Shown here in pieces: positions 1 to 10,516 of a stretch of DNA of 41,813 nt. The notes below the pieces were generated by a model. The model saw only the letters and a program-made list of their open reading frames with translations, was not told the DNA's origin and made no database searches. The stretch is from Chlamydiia bacterium. GTDB lineage: Bacteria; Chlamydiota; Chlamydiia; Chlamydiales; 2-12-FULL-49-11. Made by a program: the position numbers and the translations under genes. The DNA lies in assembly GCA_044359535.1 (NCBI GenBank), contig JBIKLZ010000005.1, positions 1-41,813 of the forward strand. Reading direction: 5' to 3'. The stretch's first letter is position 1, and every line of letters starts with the position of its first letter.

Positions 1-2
1 GA

Positions 3-191
3 GCCCATATGATAGGGCAAACCTATGAAGTTCTTTTTGAAGGGAGAAATGAAAAAGGAGAGCTTAAAGGGAGGACACGGTGCTGGAGAAAAGTGATTGC
101 ACCGGGGGGAGAATCCCTTATCGGGGCAATTGGAAATGTCAAAATAGATAGTTTTCTGAATGAAACTTTAATCGGATCGCTAGTTAATTAA
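3..191 (+). CDS. miaB: tRNA-2-methylthio-N6-dimethylallyladenosine synthase MiaB, C-terminal TRAM domain (partial; 5' end outside window)
   Basis: IGQTYEVLFEG...LKGRTRCWRKV...LIG...VKI...TLIG matches the TRAM-domain C-terminus of MiaB; frame is open to the window edge. Confidence 0.75.
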   Translation, partial: AHMIGQTYEVLFEGRNEKGELKGRTRCWRKVIAPGGESLIGAIGNVKIDSFLNETLIGSLVN

Positions 192-266
192 TATTTTAAA
201 CTTATTTCTTTTTATAAATTCATTTATTGGTTATCATAGTTATGAATTAAAATAAAAGGAGATATT

Positions 267-1934
267 ATGAGCGGTGCTTTTATAGGTTTAAATCCCCAAA
301 ATTTGGATCGGAGCTGTCCTCCCATAAAACCTACTACCACTGATCAAGGGGGTAAGGGGACTGAAACAAATTCTTCTGCTACTCTTTCAACCTTAGGGGT
401 GAATATCAGAGTATCTGAGGTATCACCCCTAATTCATGGCGTAAGTTCTTCTAAACAGGCTGTGCGCACAGGAGAGCCTTTTAAAACTGAAAAACAGTCC
501 ACCTGTGAGGTCCTTCCAGAGGGTTTGATTCAAGCTATGCATGAAGAAGCTAAAAAAGTGACTCAGAGAATAATAGTACAATGTAAAAATTTTGTTGAAA
601 TGTCATCTGATGAAATTTGTCAACATCTACAAACTTTAAATTTAAATGAATGTTTCGAAAACTTTCTTTCTGAATATGAAGGTAAATATCACAGCACCAT
701 CTCTTCAAAATTAAATAAATTAATATTTAAAAACCTAATTAGTGCAAATTATAAAGCTGCTTTGAAAATTTCGTGTAGCCATTTTGGAGACCCTGTAAAG
801 GTTAATGACGCCTTGATGACATTTAAAAAGTACTTGATTATAGCAAAAGAAAATCAAAAGGATTTGCAGGAAGTTTATAATAATAGATCTCTTTTAGATG
901 AATACATTCGTAAAAACTTTTTTCCGGAAAAGCCATCTATAGAAGTTGATAGTGAGGATCCTGAAATAGAAGAAATGGAAAAGATTTTAGAAGGGGTATT
1001 TGAGAGCTTTGCTAAAAATGTCAAAGAAGCGATTAATATTGTTTATGAAGCGGGTTCAAAAAAAAAGATTGAAAGGACTACCCCACATCAACCTTTAACA
1101 GACAGACAAAAACGAGGATGTGACAAGGTTGTAGACACAATTGTTCAAAAATTTATAAAAAGTACTAGCCTAATTGAAATTTTTCCATACTTTACAAATG
1201 ATTTATATCTAAAAATACTCTACACTGAATTTTCTCACCGAATTGATTTGGATAAAATTTTTAAGAAACATTTCAATTCAGATTTGAATATGAACGTAAT
1301 GGAACGACTTAATATAGTTGAATTTGTTAAGAATGAATTTTTTAATCGAATATCAAAAACCCTAATGACTCAAAGAAAAGAAAGAGATAAAAAGGCTTTA
1401 AAACCCAATACACAAGTGGATTTAGCCCCAAATGTTCAAGAAATGATGTCAAAAAGAAATAGGGAAGAAGATTTCAGATTGGATTCATCTGTTATCTGGA
1501 TCATTCACCTTTTACAATACCCTGTAGATCTTGCTCATAGAAATGAAAACGGTTGGGATTTAAATGTGGATACTATCTACAATTCTAAAAAAGAGAAAAG
1601 TCATGTTCTTGCAGCCCTTTTATCATTTATAAAAAACCTTATAAAGGAGGAAGCTGTTTTAAATTTAGATGAGCAAACTCCACAATGGTTCTTTGAAAAA
1701 GATTTAAGCAAGATGGGGAAAAGGACTATTAAAAAAAGAGAAGAGATAAGACAAAAGTATGAGCAGGGTCAAATGACTATAGGAGGGGCTCTTTTAGAAA
1801 TGGCAGTCCATATTCTATCTTCAACATTTCCAGAAGGACAATACTCAAAAGAGATTAAAGAATTAGTTAATCAATTTGAGAATAAGGAAAAACATCCCCT
1901 TGAATTTATCTATAGTCTTCGAGATTGGGATTAG
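267..1934 (+). CDS. Hypothetical protein, 555 aa (orphan-like, possible secreted effector)
   Basis: Long ORF with AAAGGAG RBS; S/T/P-rich N-terminus, K/E-rich body; no recognisable motif. Confidence 0.7.
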   Translation: MSGAFIGLNPQNLDRSCPPIKPTTTDQGGKGTETNSSATLSTLGVNIRVSEVSPLIHGVSSSKQAVRTGEPFKTEKQSTCEVLPEGLIQAMHEEAKKVTQRIIVQCKNFVEMSSDEICQHLQTLNLNECFENFLSEYEGKYHSTISSKLNKLIFKNLISANYKAALKISCSHFGDPVKVNDALMTFKKYLIIAKENQKDLQEVYNNRSLLDEYIRKNFFPEKPSIEVDSEDPEIEEMEKILEGVFESFAKNVKEAINIVYEAGSKKKIERTTPHQPLTDRQKRGCDKVVDTIVQKFIKSTSLIEIFPYFTNDLYLKILYTEFSHRIDLDKIFKKHFNSDLNMNVMERLNIVEFVKNEFFNRISKTLMTQRKERDKKALKPNTQVDLAPNVQEMMSKRNREEDFRLDSSVIWIIHLLQYPVDLAHRNENGWDLNVDTIYNSKKEKSHVLAALLSFIKNLIKEEAVLNLDEQTPQWFFEKDLSKMGKRTIKKREEIRQKYEQGQMTIGGALLEMAVHILSSTFPEGQYSKEIKELVNQFENKEKHPLEFIYSLRDWD

Positions 1935-1955
1935 TTTTGAATGTAAATGAGTCTA

Positions 1956-3443
1956 CTAGAGAAATCTATGTTCTAAATAGGTAATGTAATCCTCAGGGGT
2001 GAAGGTTTTTTCAGTGGCCTGTTCAATAAGATCGAAGGGGAGAAAGGTTCTTCCATGAATATGAACTCTTTCTTTCAAAAATGTTGAAAAGCTAGAAAAA
2101 TCACCTGAAGCAATTTGCGATGCCCAATCTGAGTGGCTTTTAATGAATTTAGTAAATAATGAACCTGCATACATAGAGCCTAAGGCGTATGTTGGAAAGT
2201 AACCAAAAGCCCCAATAGACCAATGGATGTCTTGTAAACATCCAGTTGCATCAGAGGTGGGTAAAATTCCTAATGATTCTTGCATTTTTCTTTTCCATAT
2301 CAAAGGAACCTCTTTTGGATCTATAGATCCATCAATAAGCCCTTTTTCAATTTCATATCTTAAAATAACATGAAGACAGTACGTCACCTCATCAGCAAAA
2401 ATACGAATTAAACTTGGTTTAACCCCTCTTACAGAGGCTAAAAACTGCTCCATCGATACATTTTCGAGGGCTGATGGAAATTCCTTTTGAAATTTAGGGA
2501 AGTAAAATTTCCAAAAAGGGGCACTGTTTCCAAGGCATGTTTCAAAAATTCGCGATTGACTTTCATGTATTCCAAGGGAGGCAGCTTCTGCAAGGGGTGT
2601 TCCAAAATATTTAGCAGGAAGGTGATGTTCATACAACCCATGACCAGCTTCATGAATCGATGCAGAAAAGCCTTTTAAACAATCCTCTTCATGAAAGTGG
2701 GTGGTCACCCGAATATCATGAGGATGAAGGGGGATGCAAAAAGGGTGGTGGGTGGTTGATAAATTGTAATACTGGGGTTTTAATCCAATTCTTTGGATCA
2801 CATCATGACAGAGTCTTTTTTGCCCCTCAATTGAAAAATGGCCTGTAATTTTTGAAAAGCCTTTTTCATTTTTGGAGGTGATCTTTTTTACTAAAGAGAT
2901 TAACTTTGGCTTAAGGACTCCAAAAATTGCATCTAATTGCTTTGTGGTCATCGAAGGTTCATACTCATCGACTAAAGCATCGTAGGGATGATCAACATAT
3001 CCAAGAAGCTCTGCCTTTTTTTGGTTTAACGCAATCACCTTTTTAAAGGAAGGGAGAAATTGTTTGAAATGGTTGTTTGTATGAGCCTTTTTCCAATGCT
3101 CAACTGCATGAGCCGTTTCTTTAGAAAATTTCCTAACAAAAGAAGAACCAAGTTTTTGTTGCTTTTTGCAATCTTGAAAAAGGCGCTCTACAATAGTTGT
3201 TTCCTCTTTAGATAGAAAGGGGTCTTTCAATAGCTTCTCTAAAAGATTAAAAAACTTTTTATTGGTACAGAGGGCATGCTTTTCTTGAGCAAGAAAGGAC
3301 ATCATTTCTGCCCGAAAATCAATCCCTTCTTTAGGCATATAGGTCTCTTGATCCCAGTTAGCTAGGTATGAAAGGGAAGAAAAATATCCTATACGTCGAG
3401 AGTGTTGAAGGAGTTTTTCCATATCTTTATGAACTTTTTTCAT
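1956..3443 (-). CDS. Carboxypeptidase, M32 (Taq) family
   Basis: WDQETYMP, PYDALVDEYEP, HPFC, DIRVTT, HEAGH zinc motif, HESQS, IRIFADE, GCLQDIHW, GYFPTYALG; start set at MKKVHK (3443). Confidence 0.93.
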   Translation of the reverse strand: MKKVHKDMEKLLQHSRRIGYFSSLSYLANWDQETYMPKEGIDFRAEMMSFLAQEKHALCTNKKFFNLLEKLLKDPFLSKEETTIVERLFQDCKKQQKLGSSFVRKFSKETAHAVEHWKKAHTNNHFKQFLPSFKKVIALNQKKAELLGYVDHPYDALVDEYEPSMTTKQLDAIFGVLKPKLISLVKKITSKNEKGFSKITGHFSIEGQKRLCHDVIQRIGLKPQYYNLSTTHHPFCIPLHPHDIRVTTHFHEEDCLKGFSASIHEAGHGLYEHHLPAKYFGTPLAEAASLGIHESQSRIFETCLGNSAPFWKFYFPKFQKEFPSALENVSMEQFLASVRGVKPSLIRIFADEVTYCLHVILRYEIEKGLIDGSIDPKEVPLIWKRKMQESLGILPTSDATGCLQDIHWSIGAFGYFPTYALGSMYAGSLFTKFIKSHSDWASQIASGDFSSFSTFLKERVHIHGRTFLPFDLIEQATEKTFTPEDYITYLEHRFL

Positions 3444-3486
3444 ATAAGAGAGTATTTCAGATTTTAGGTAAATTGTATAGATAATT

Positions 3487-4452
3487 TTACACTTTTTTAA
3501 GAGCAAACAAAAGGGTTGGAAAAGTCAAAGTAACAAGGGTTAAAGAAAAAAATGGGACAGGAGAGAAAAGCGACCCAAATCCTAAAATTGCTGAACATTC
3601 TATAGAAAAAAAGGCAAAAAGAGAAAGAAATAGGGTAAGGCAGAAGGTTAAAGAGTAATTTTTTCTTAGCCTTGTATTAAAAGCTAAAAGAGAGGGGAGG
3701 GCAACAGAAAAAAGGTGTAGAAAGGGAATAAGGCTTTTGTACCCAATAGAAATTAGAAGATGGGAGAAATAAAACTCCCAATCTTTAGGGGGAAAGAAAA
3801 AATAGTGAAGAAGGGAAAGTAGATTTTCAGAGTTTTTAATAGGGGCAGGTTCTTTAAAGGCAGGGATAGAAATGGCAAAAAATTCCTCTTTATTTGAGCC
3901 ATTTTTTTCATACCCTTGATCTGTGTTTTTAAAGTGGTCCACGTAATAAAGGACAAATCCCCCTTCTTTTTTTTTTCCATATTTTGCATAGAGGATGTTT
4001 TTTTCATGATCTATAAATGTAAAGTGTTGTACATCCCCTTTATAAAAAACGGTTCCCTCTTTTGTCTCAAATAGATGGTGCTGTTGTTTAAAAGGGGAGA
4101 GGTAAAAGCTTTTTTTTACTGCGATTTCTCCTTTGGTTAAAAACCATTCATTAGACAAAAAAGTGCAAAAGGAGAGGAAGAGGGCAAAATAAAATGTAGG
4201 TTTCATTAAAGTGAATGAATCGATTCCACTCATTGAAAGGGCCACAGTACAGCCATTTTTTTGATAGGTTTGAAGGGTTGAAAGGGTGGCAAAAAGGAGA
4301 GAAAAAATAGAAAGGATTGTAGATTGATAGAAAAAAAGATGAAGGGATTGAGTTTTGGAAAAAGGCTCTTGAGAGGCAATTAATGAAGAAAACGACAAGA
4401 AGAAAAAAAGAAGTAGATAGCGCTTTATAACGGTTTTAAGATAGGGTTTCAT
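3487..4452 (-). CDS. LptF/LptG (YjgP/YjgQ) family permease, divergent
   Basis: Three N-terminal TM segments, soluble middle, three C-terminal TM segments; ALSMSGI resembles the ALxASGI motif; ATGA-coupled to upstream paralog; chlamydial position beside tilS. Confidence 0.6.
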   Translation of the reverse strand: MKPYLKTVIKRYLLLFFFLSFSSLIASQEPFSKTQSLHLFFYQSTILSIFSLLFATLSTLQTYQKNGCTVALSMSGIDSFTLMKPTFYFALFLSFCTFLSNEWFLTKGEIAVKKSFYLSPFKQQHHLFETKEGTVFYKGDVQHFTFIDHEKNILYAKYGKKKEGGFVLYYVDHFKNTDQGYEKNGSNKEEFFAISIPAFKEPAPIKNSENLLSLLHYFFFPPKDWEFYFSHLLISIGYKSLIPFLHLFSVALPSLLAFNTRLRKNYSLTFCLTLFLSLFAFFSIECSAILGFGSLFSPVPFFSLTLVTLTFPTLLFALKKV

Positions 4453-5432
4453 GACCCTTCCTTTGCACATGCTTTTATCTCCTTAAAGGTGAGCAAAAAC
4501 GTCATTAGAAAACTTCCAATCATTAGATAACCTGTGATCGACGAGTGTATTTTAAGGCTGAAAGAAAAAGCAAGTAGAGCGTAGAGAAAAACCAATAAAG
4601 AGAGTTTAGGGTGTTTTTTTAGAGCAAAACAGATCCCAAGAGAGGTAAAAACAATTGGGTAGCATAAGTGAAGGATGAAAAGAGTGAACTCCCAAAAAGA
4701 GGGGTTTTTTTCCTCGAATCTAACCATTGAATAGGGGAAAAAAGAGTAGATGGTTTTTTTTGAAGCAAAGGCCTTTTTCCCTTGTGAAAGAAAGAGGGTG
4801 TCAAAATAGGTTTCAGGGGTGATTTTGCAATAGGTAAGATTTGTAAAATCTAGCCCCTCTTTAGTCTCAATAACCGCATCGGCAATAAGCCAAGAAAATT
4901 CATGGTCGGTGTTTAGAAGAAAGAGATTGAAAGCTTTATCGCTCTCTTCTTTTAGGTCCATAGAGACGTAGAGATTATCTCTAGAAAACCTACGGCTAAA
5001 GGTCTTTATTAATGGGGTCTTTTCCTTTTTATCCTCAATTAAAAGCTCTAGCTTAGCTTTTATTGAGGGATAAAGGATGAAACTGATGGCAAAGTTGCCA
5101 ATGGATAAAAAGATTGAAAGAAAAATAAGGGGGGTAAAAAGGGCTCTAGGGTTTAGACCAAGGGCTTTAAACGCGGTAATTTGATGGCTCTTTTTTATGG
5201 AAAGGACCACAAGGAAAGAGGAGATAAAACTTGTTATGGCAAGGGCTATTGGAAAACATTTATGAAGAAATAGACCCATCATCAAAAAAAGTTCATTTAA
5301 ATCACTTCCTGATAAAAAATATTTTGTTAAACGGGAAAGTTTAAAAAAAAGGGTGACTGATAAGAAAAAGAGGGTGAAAAAAAGGATGTTAAGAAGAAAT
5401 TTTTTCGAAAGAATTTTCCAGACTATGGGCAT
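4449..5432 (-). CDS. LptF/LptG (YjgP/YjgQ) family permease
   Basis: MPIVWK start, FPIALAITSFISS, QITAFKALGL motif, 3+3 TM layout; divergent from tilS as in Chlamydia. Confidence 0.7.
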   Translation of the reverse strand: MPIVWKILSKKFLLNILFFTLFFLSVTLFFKLSRLTKYFLSGSDLNELFLMMGLFLHKCFPIALAITSFISSFLVVLSIKKSHQITAFKALGLNPRALFTPLIFLSIFLSIGNFAISFILYPSIKAKLELLIEDKKEKTPLIKTFSRRFSRDNLYVSMDLKEESDKAFNLFLLNTDHEFSWLIADAVIETKEGLDFTNLTYCKITPETYFDTLFLSQGKKAFASKKTIYSFFPYSMVRFEEKNPSFWEFTLFILHLCYPIVFTSLGICFALKKHPKLSLLVFLYALLAFSFSLKIHSSITGYLMIGSFLMTFLLTFKEIKACAKEGS

Positions 5433-5473
5433 CGAACTTGGCACCTAACCGTTTTTGTGGTAGTATATCCAAT

Positions 5474-6598
5474 ATGTTACAAAATGCAAAGAAACAAATC
5501 CAACAGCTAAAAAAGAGCCTCCTTTTAGGGCTTTCTGGAGGGCCGGACTCCATGTGTCTGTTTTCTCTTTTATTAGAATGCAACAGATCCTTTCATGTGG
5601 CTCATATTGACCATGGGTTACGCCCTGAAAGTGGTGAAGAAAAGGCGAAATTAGAAGCCTTAGCAAAAAAGCACCACATCCCTTTTCATTCCATCCAATT
5701 AAAAGGGATTCAAGGGCATAACCTTGAGGAGACATTAAGGGATAAGCGCTTAGAATTTTTTCAAAAAGTGATGATAGAACAGAAATTAGAGGTCCTTCTT
5801 TTAGGCCATCAACAGGATGAACAGGCAGAAACAATTATAAAAAGATTTTTCGAAGGAGGTCTATTTCTCCATCTTGAAGGGATAAAAAAGGAAAGGGAGC
5901 TTAAGGGGCTTTGCATTTGTAGACCTTTGATTCAGAGTTCGAAAAATGAGATCATTGACTATTTGAATAAAAAAGGTTTTTTCTATTTTACAGACCCCTC
6001 AAACTTTACAACTGCAAATTTAAGGGGAAGGATGAGAATTGAGCTCCTCCCCCTTTTGGAGAAGGCCTTTGGAAAATCTATCAGGACGGGGGTTTGTGAT
6101 ATAGGGGAGCAAATTCAGGAGTGTTCACATTTTTTGGAAGAAAAAATTCAAGAGGTGAGAAGGGGTGCTATTGTTGGATTTTGCGGCATTTTTTACCCGT
6201 TTGAAAAATGGGACCCCTATCTATATAAAATGATGATTTATAAAATTTTAAGTCAGTTAGGGATAGTTCTTTCTAGAGATCAAAGAAAAAGGATACATCA
6301 AGGTGTGATAGAAAAATTAGCTGGTAAAGAGATGATCTTTAATGGAATTACCCTTTTTTTTGAGGAAATGGGAATGTTTATCATAGATCAAAAGAACTAT
6401 AAAAGCCCTTGTGAAACAATTGAAGAAAGGGTCTTTTGGTTGGACTTTTGGAAAAATGGAAAAGGGGAAGAAGGAGGGGGAGAGGGTTTGGGAAAAAAGC
6501 TTGATAAGAAAGGGTTAAGTGAATTTCATAGAAAGAGAAAAACGCCTATTTGCCTAAGAAGGGTCTATCCGATTCCTTTGACCTCAATGAGAAAATAG
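5474..6598 (+). CDS. tilS: tRNA(Ile)-lysidine synthase
   Basis: PP-loop SGGPDS, HIDHGLR, GHQQDEQAET, RPLI, DPSN; upstream of ftsH. Confidence 0.93.
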   Translation: MLQNAKKQIQQLKKSLLLGLSGGPDSMCLFSLLLECNRSFHVAHIDHGLRPESGEEKAKLEALAKKHHIPFHSIQLKGIQGHNLEETLRDKRLEFFQKVMIEQKLEVLLLGHQQDEQAETIIKRFFEGGLFLHLEGIKKERELKGLCICRPLIQSSKNEIIDYLNKKGFFYFTDPSNFTTANLRGRMRIELLPLLEKAFGKSIRTGVCDIGEQIQECSHFLEEKIQEVRRGAIVGFCGIFYPFEKWDPYLYKMMIYKILSQLGIVLSRDQRKRIHQGVIEKLAGKEMIFNGITLFFEEMGMFIIDQKNYKSPCETIEERVFWLDFWKNGKGEEGGGEGLGKKLDKKGLSEFHRKRKTPICLRRVYPIPLTSMRK

Positions 6599-6710
6599 AC
6601 TAAAATGGAAAGTTCGCAAACGAAGAAAAAGAATTCTTGTAATTCTTACCATTAATGTGTAATACGTAGGTAATAGACAAATTTAAACTATTTGAGAGAG
6701 TTAAATATTT

Positions 6711-9419
6711 ATGGCTAATGACAATAACAGTTCGAATCAAAAAAAAGGGATCCCAGGGATTTTTATTTTTCTTATTATTGGAGCCTTTGCTTTGCTCTTT
6801 ATGAAAAATGCAACCCCTGTGGAAAAAGCTGAGGTTGCATTTGGCTATCAAATTGAACATTTGGTGAATTTGGATCTTTTGGCCCCAAAGTCGAGTGGAA
6901 AGGTAGCTATTAATGAGAATCTTGTCTCCTTTTCAGGGAGATTTAGGGATAAGCAATCAGAGGCATCTAAGCAGAGGTTTCGCTTTCTCACACTTTTAGA
7001 TGAACATAAAACATTGGCTCAGGAAAAAGGGCAGTTGAGTGTAAAAATGAAAGGATCAGAAGGGGAAATGCAAAAGGCTGTTCGCTTTTTTTATGAGATT
7101 TCAGGGATCTATCCAAAAACATCAGATGTAGTGATTATTCCAAGGGTGGATGAAAGCGGCATAGAGCTTAAAGATGTTTCAGTAAGTGTAAAAGAGATAC
7201 AGATGCAACCGACAAACCTTCAAAATGTGATTTCGTTGTATGAGGTGGCGTTAAAAAATGGGGGAGCAAAAGAGTTAGGTTTGTTAGAAAAGCATCTTTA
7301 TGAGCTTGTCTCTTTATACAAGTCATCAAAATTAGGGATTGGGGCAGTGAATTTAAAAGAGCTTCTTGCAAAATGCGAGACTCTTTTAGAGGGATCAGAT
7401 CTTAAGGCCTATAACCTTGTAATCAATAATTTAAAATCCATTACTTCTACGATTTTATCTCAAACAAATGGGGTAAAGATGTATTCTTTAAGATCTGTAA
7501 GGACAGTTCTTGAAGAGCGTGAAAAAACAATAGGAATAGAGAAAAAATATCGGGAAAACAGTCTAAAGCTTGAAAAAGCGGGGGCAAAAGTTGCCGATGT
7601 CATTTGGTTTTTTAATAATTCAGAGGTTTCGACAAAAGGTCTTAGCCAGATTGATCAAGAAGTCTACCATAAGTGGTTTGTTGGGGCAAAAACAGAAATG
7701 GAGCTATTTTCTAAGAATCAGGGTTTAAGTTTTAATTCCCCTGATCAGCAAAGAAATTTAGTCCTTGAAAAGACCTTTAAAAGTGAACACCCCCCTACAA
7801 ACTATTTAAGTTATATTTTTACCTTTTTACCCATTTTTTTAATTGGGGGTCTTTTGTACTTTGTCTTTTCTAAACAGATGAAAGGGGGGGCTGGAACGGC
7901 AATGAATTTTGGAAAGTCCCCAGCAAAGCAAGTTCTTAAAGGTCAACAAAAAGTGACTTTTGATGATGTTGCTGGAATTGATGATGCAAAAGAAGAGCTT
8001 GAAGAATTGGTAGATTTTTTACGTGATCCGATGAGGTATAAAACAATAGGAGCAAGGATTCCAAAAGGGATTTTATTAATTGGGGCCCCTGGAACTGGAA
8101 AGACCCTTACAGCTAAAGCGGTAGCAGGAGAAGCTGGGGTTCCCTTTTTCTCTATTTCAGGATCTGACTTTGTCGAAATGTTTGTGGGGGTGGGTGCATC
8201 AAGGGTACGGGATTTATTTGAGCAAGCGCGAAAAAGTTCCCCAAGTATTATTTTTATTGATGAGATTGATGCAGTAGGTCGCCACAGGGGTTCAGGAATG
8301 GGCGGGGGGCATGATGAAAGGGAGCAAACGTTGAATCAGTTGCTTGTAGAAATTGATGGGATGGATAGTGTCTCTGGGGTGATAATCCTTGCAGCCACAA
8401 ATAGGCCTGATGTATTGGATAAAGCGTTACTTCGACCTGGACGTTTTGATAGATCAGTCTCTGTAGAGCTCCCTGATTATTTTGGAAGGCTCGCTATTTT
8501 GAAGGTGCACGCAAAAAAAGTCAAAATGGCCGAAGATGTTGAGTTGCAAGAAATTGCCCGTAGAACCTCTGGTTCTGTGGGAGCTGAGCTTGAAAATATT
8601 ATCAATGAGGCAGCACTTCATGCAGCCAAAAAACGGCGTAAAATGGTGATTCAAGATGATCTTCGTTATGCTCAGGAAAAGGTTCTTTTTGGAAAAGAGC
8701 GTAAAAGTATGATAATGAATGATGAGGACATTAAAACAACAGCTTGGCATGAGGCAGGGCACGCTCTTGTTGCAATGAAATTGGATGTTGCTGATAAAGT
8801 GACAATGGTAACAAGGGTCCCTCGTGGTCAATCCCTTGGAGCGACCCATTTTGAGCTTAAAAAAAATAGGGTAAGCTATAGAAAGCAGGAGTTGTTGAAT
8901 CAACTGGTTGTTTTGATGGGGGGAAGGTGTGCCGAAGAGATTATTAATAAAGACCCTACAAGTGGAGCCCAAATGGATATTAAGCAAGCAACAAGTATAG
9001 CTCGCTCTATGGTTTGCAGATGGGGGATGAGTGAAAAGGTTGGGATGATCAATTATGGTGAGGATGGAAATGGGAATTTAATGGCAGGGTTTCATGAAAG
9101 GGAATTTTCTGAAGAGACAGCAAAATTGATTGATTCAGAAGTTAAAAGACTTTTAGATGAGGCTTATCAAAGCTCAATGAAACTGCTAGTTGAAAACCAT
9201 GATATTCTAAAACTTATGTCAGAGATGCTTATAGAATTTGAGGCATTGGATAAAGAGGATCTTGATCTTATTTTGGAGAATACTTTTTCAGTTGAAAATA
9301 AAAAGAAAAAGGTTGAGGAGTTTGAGTCTAGGACAAGAAAATCGCCCCCTCCATTTGAACCTCCGAAAGGATTTGGGAGAAAAAGAAATAAACCCTACCC
9401 AGGAACAGCCTCAGCTTAG
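6711..9419 (+). CDS. ftsH: ATP-dependent zinc metalloprotease FtsH (chlamydial type, long periplasmic domain)
   Basis: Two TM segments, Walker A GAPGTGKT, Walker [27 protein letters not shown]. Confidence 0.97.
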   Translation: MANDNNSSNQKKGIPGIFIFLIIGAFALLFMKNATPVEKAEVAFGYQIEHLVNLDLLAPKSSGKVAINENLVSFSGRFRDKQSEASKQRFRFLTLLDEHKTLAQEKGQLSVKMKGSEGEMQKAVRFFYEISGIYPKTSDVVIIPRVDESGIELKDVSVSVKEIQMQPTNLQNVISLYEVALKNGGAKELGLLEKHLYELVSLYKSSKLGIGAVNLKELLAKCETLLEGSDLKAYNLVINNLKSITSTILSQTNGVKMYSLRSVRTVLEEREKTIGIEKKYRENSLKLEKAGAKVADVIWFFNNSEVSTKGLSQIDQEVYHKWFVGAKTEMELFSKNQGLSFNSPDQQRNLVLEKTFKSEHPPTNYLSYIFTFLPIFLIGGLLYFVFSKQMKGGAGTAMNFGKSPAKQVLKGQQKVTFDDVAGIDDAKEELEELVDFLRDPMRYKTIGARIPKGILLIGAPGTGKTLTAKAVAGEAGVPFFSISGSDFVEMFVGVGASRVRDLFEQARKSSPSIIFIDEIDAVGRHRGSGMGGGHDEREQTLNQLLVEIDGMDSVSGVIILAATNRPDVLDKALLRPGRFDRSVSVELPDYFGRLAILKVHAKKVKMAEDVELQEIARRTSGSVGAELENIINEAALHAAKKRRKMVIQDDLRYAQEKVLFGKERKSMIMNDEDIKTTAWHEAGHALVAMKLDVADKVTMVTRVPRGQSLGATHFELKKNRVSYRKQELLNQLVVLMGGRCAEEIINKDPTSGAQMDIKQATSIARSMVCRWGMSEKVGMINYGEDGNGNLMAGFHEREFSEETAKLIDSEVKRLLDEAYQSSMKLLVENHDILKLMSEMLIEFEALDKEDLDLILENTFSVENKKKKVEEFESRTRKSPPPFEPPKGFGRKRNKPYPGTASA

Positions 9420-9589
9420 TTTAAAGATAGTTTGATTTTTTGTACATTTGCACTGTGGGGGTCCTTTTTTAATTGTTTGTATATTAGATGTTTAAACACA
9501 AATTATTCTGAGTGTTTTTGATTTATCTCCATTTTATTTGAATTAAAATCTTTTAAATTTATTATAAAATTAAAAAGGTTTTTTTAATT

Positions 9590-10441
9590 ATGAACATTTC
9601 TTATGATCAAAATGATAGGAATTTTAAGATAATATATTATGAAAATGGCGATCTTAATCTCGTGGATGAAGCTGCAATCAATGAATTAAAAAAGGATAAA
9701 AAAAATTTTAAAAAGTTGGATTTAGAAGCAAAAAAGCTAAATTCAACGGAGTGGGACAAACTTCTTAAGGCTGCCAAGAAAGCGCAAAAAGAAGCTTTTA
9801 CAGCAAACAGTATAAGTAAAGCGTTAACGACATTTCAAGAGGATCGTACTAAAGGAAAAGATGTTAAAAATTATTCAATGGTAATGGTGGGAGATAAAGT
9901 TATTGTGTGTAAAAGTGGTGTCCACTCTCTTTTTTTAAGAATTTTTGGGGGGCGCCTAAATAAAGCAGAGGCTGCAGTAAAGGAATATATTAATACTCCG
10001 AACAACTATGAAGAAATCAGGTTAAACGATGTGACTCGACTCATTAAGGGATCAAAAGATGATTTTGAGACATTTGAGAGTGAAATTTCAAAGATGATAA
10101 ATGATTATTATACAATCTGTAAAATAGAAGGAAAACAGGGAGAAGAAAGTAAAAAAATTAAGGAAAAAACGGATGAATTATTAGAAACTTTTAAAAATTC
10201 AAAATCTTATAATCAAAATGAAAAATTAAATACATTAATCGCTGAGTACAAAGAATATAACTCAGATTTTGACATTACCTATGAAAACGGTAGGTTTTCT
10301 TATTTAAATGACGGAAGATTAACAAACTTAAGTTTAAATAATTTATTGAATTTAAAAAATAATGATCCGCAAGGGTACGAAAAAATTAGAGAAAAATGTA
10401 AAAATGTGAATAGTGAGGAGTGGAAAAAATTTGAACGATAG
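9590..10441 (+). CDS. Hypothetical protein, paralog of the downstream gene
   Basis: 283-aa ORF sharing SKAL...GK...VCK...LFLRIFGG...EExRL with 10517..11344. Confidence 0.7.
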   Translation: MNISYDQNDRNFKIIYYENGDLNLVDEAAINELKKDKKNFKKLDLEAKKLNSTEWDKLLKAAKKAQKEAFTANSISKALTTFQEDRTKGKDVKNYSMVMVGDKVIVCKSGVHSLFLRIFGGRLNKAEAAVKEYINTPNNYEEIRLNDVTRLIKGSKDDFETFESEISKMINDYYTICKIEGKQGEESKKIKEKTDELLETFKNSKSYNQNEKLNTLIAEYKEYNSDFDITYENGRFSYLNDGRLTNLSLNNLLNLKNNDPQGYEKIREKCKNVNSEEWKKFER

Positions 10442-10516
10442 GTTCAACGGCTAGAAAGACCGCATAACAGATGATTTGTTCGTTGTAAGAGTAGGTAAAA
10501 AAAAGGAATTTGATTA

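Noticed and set aside
3967-3976. T10 homopolymer in the LptF/G-family gene as a phase-variation site
   Set aside because: The frame is intact (Lys codons) and A/T runs are common throughout this AT-rich window
6711-7800. Very long FtsH N-terminal region
   Set aside because: Typical of chlamydial FtsH (~900 aa)
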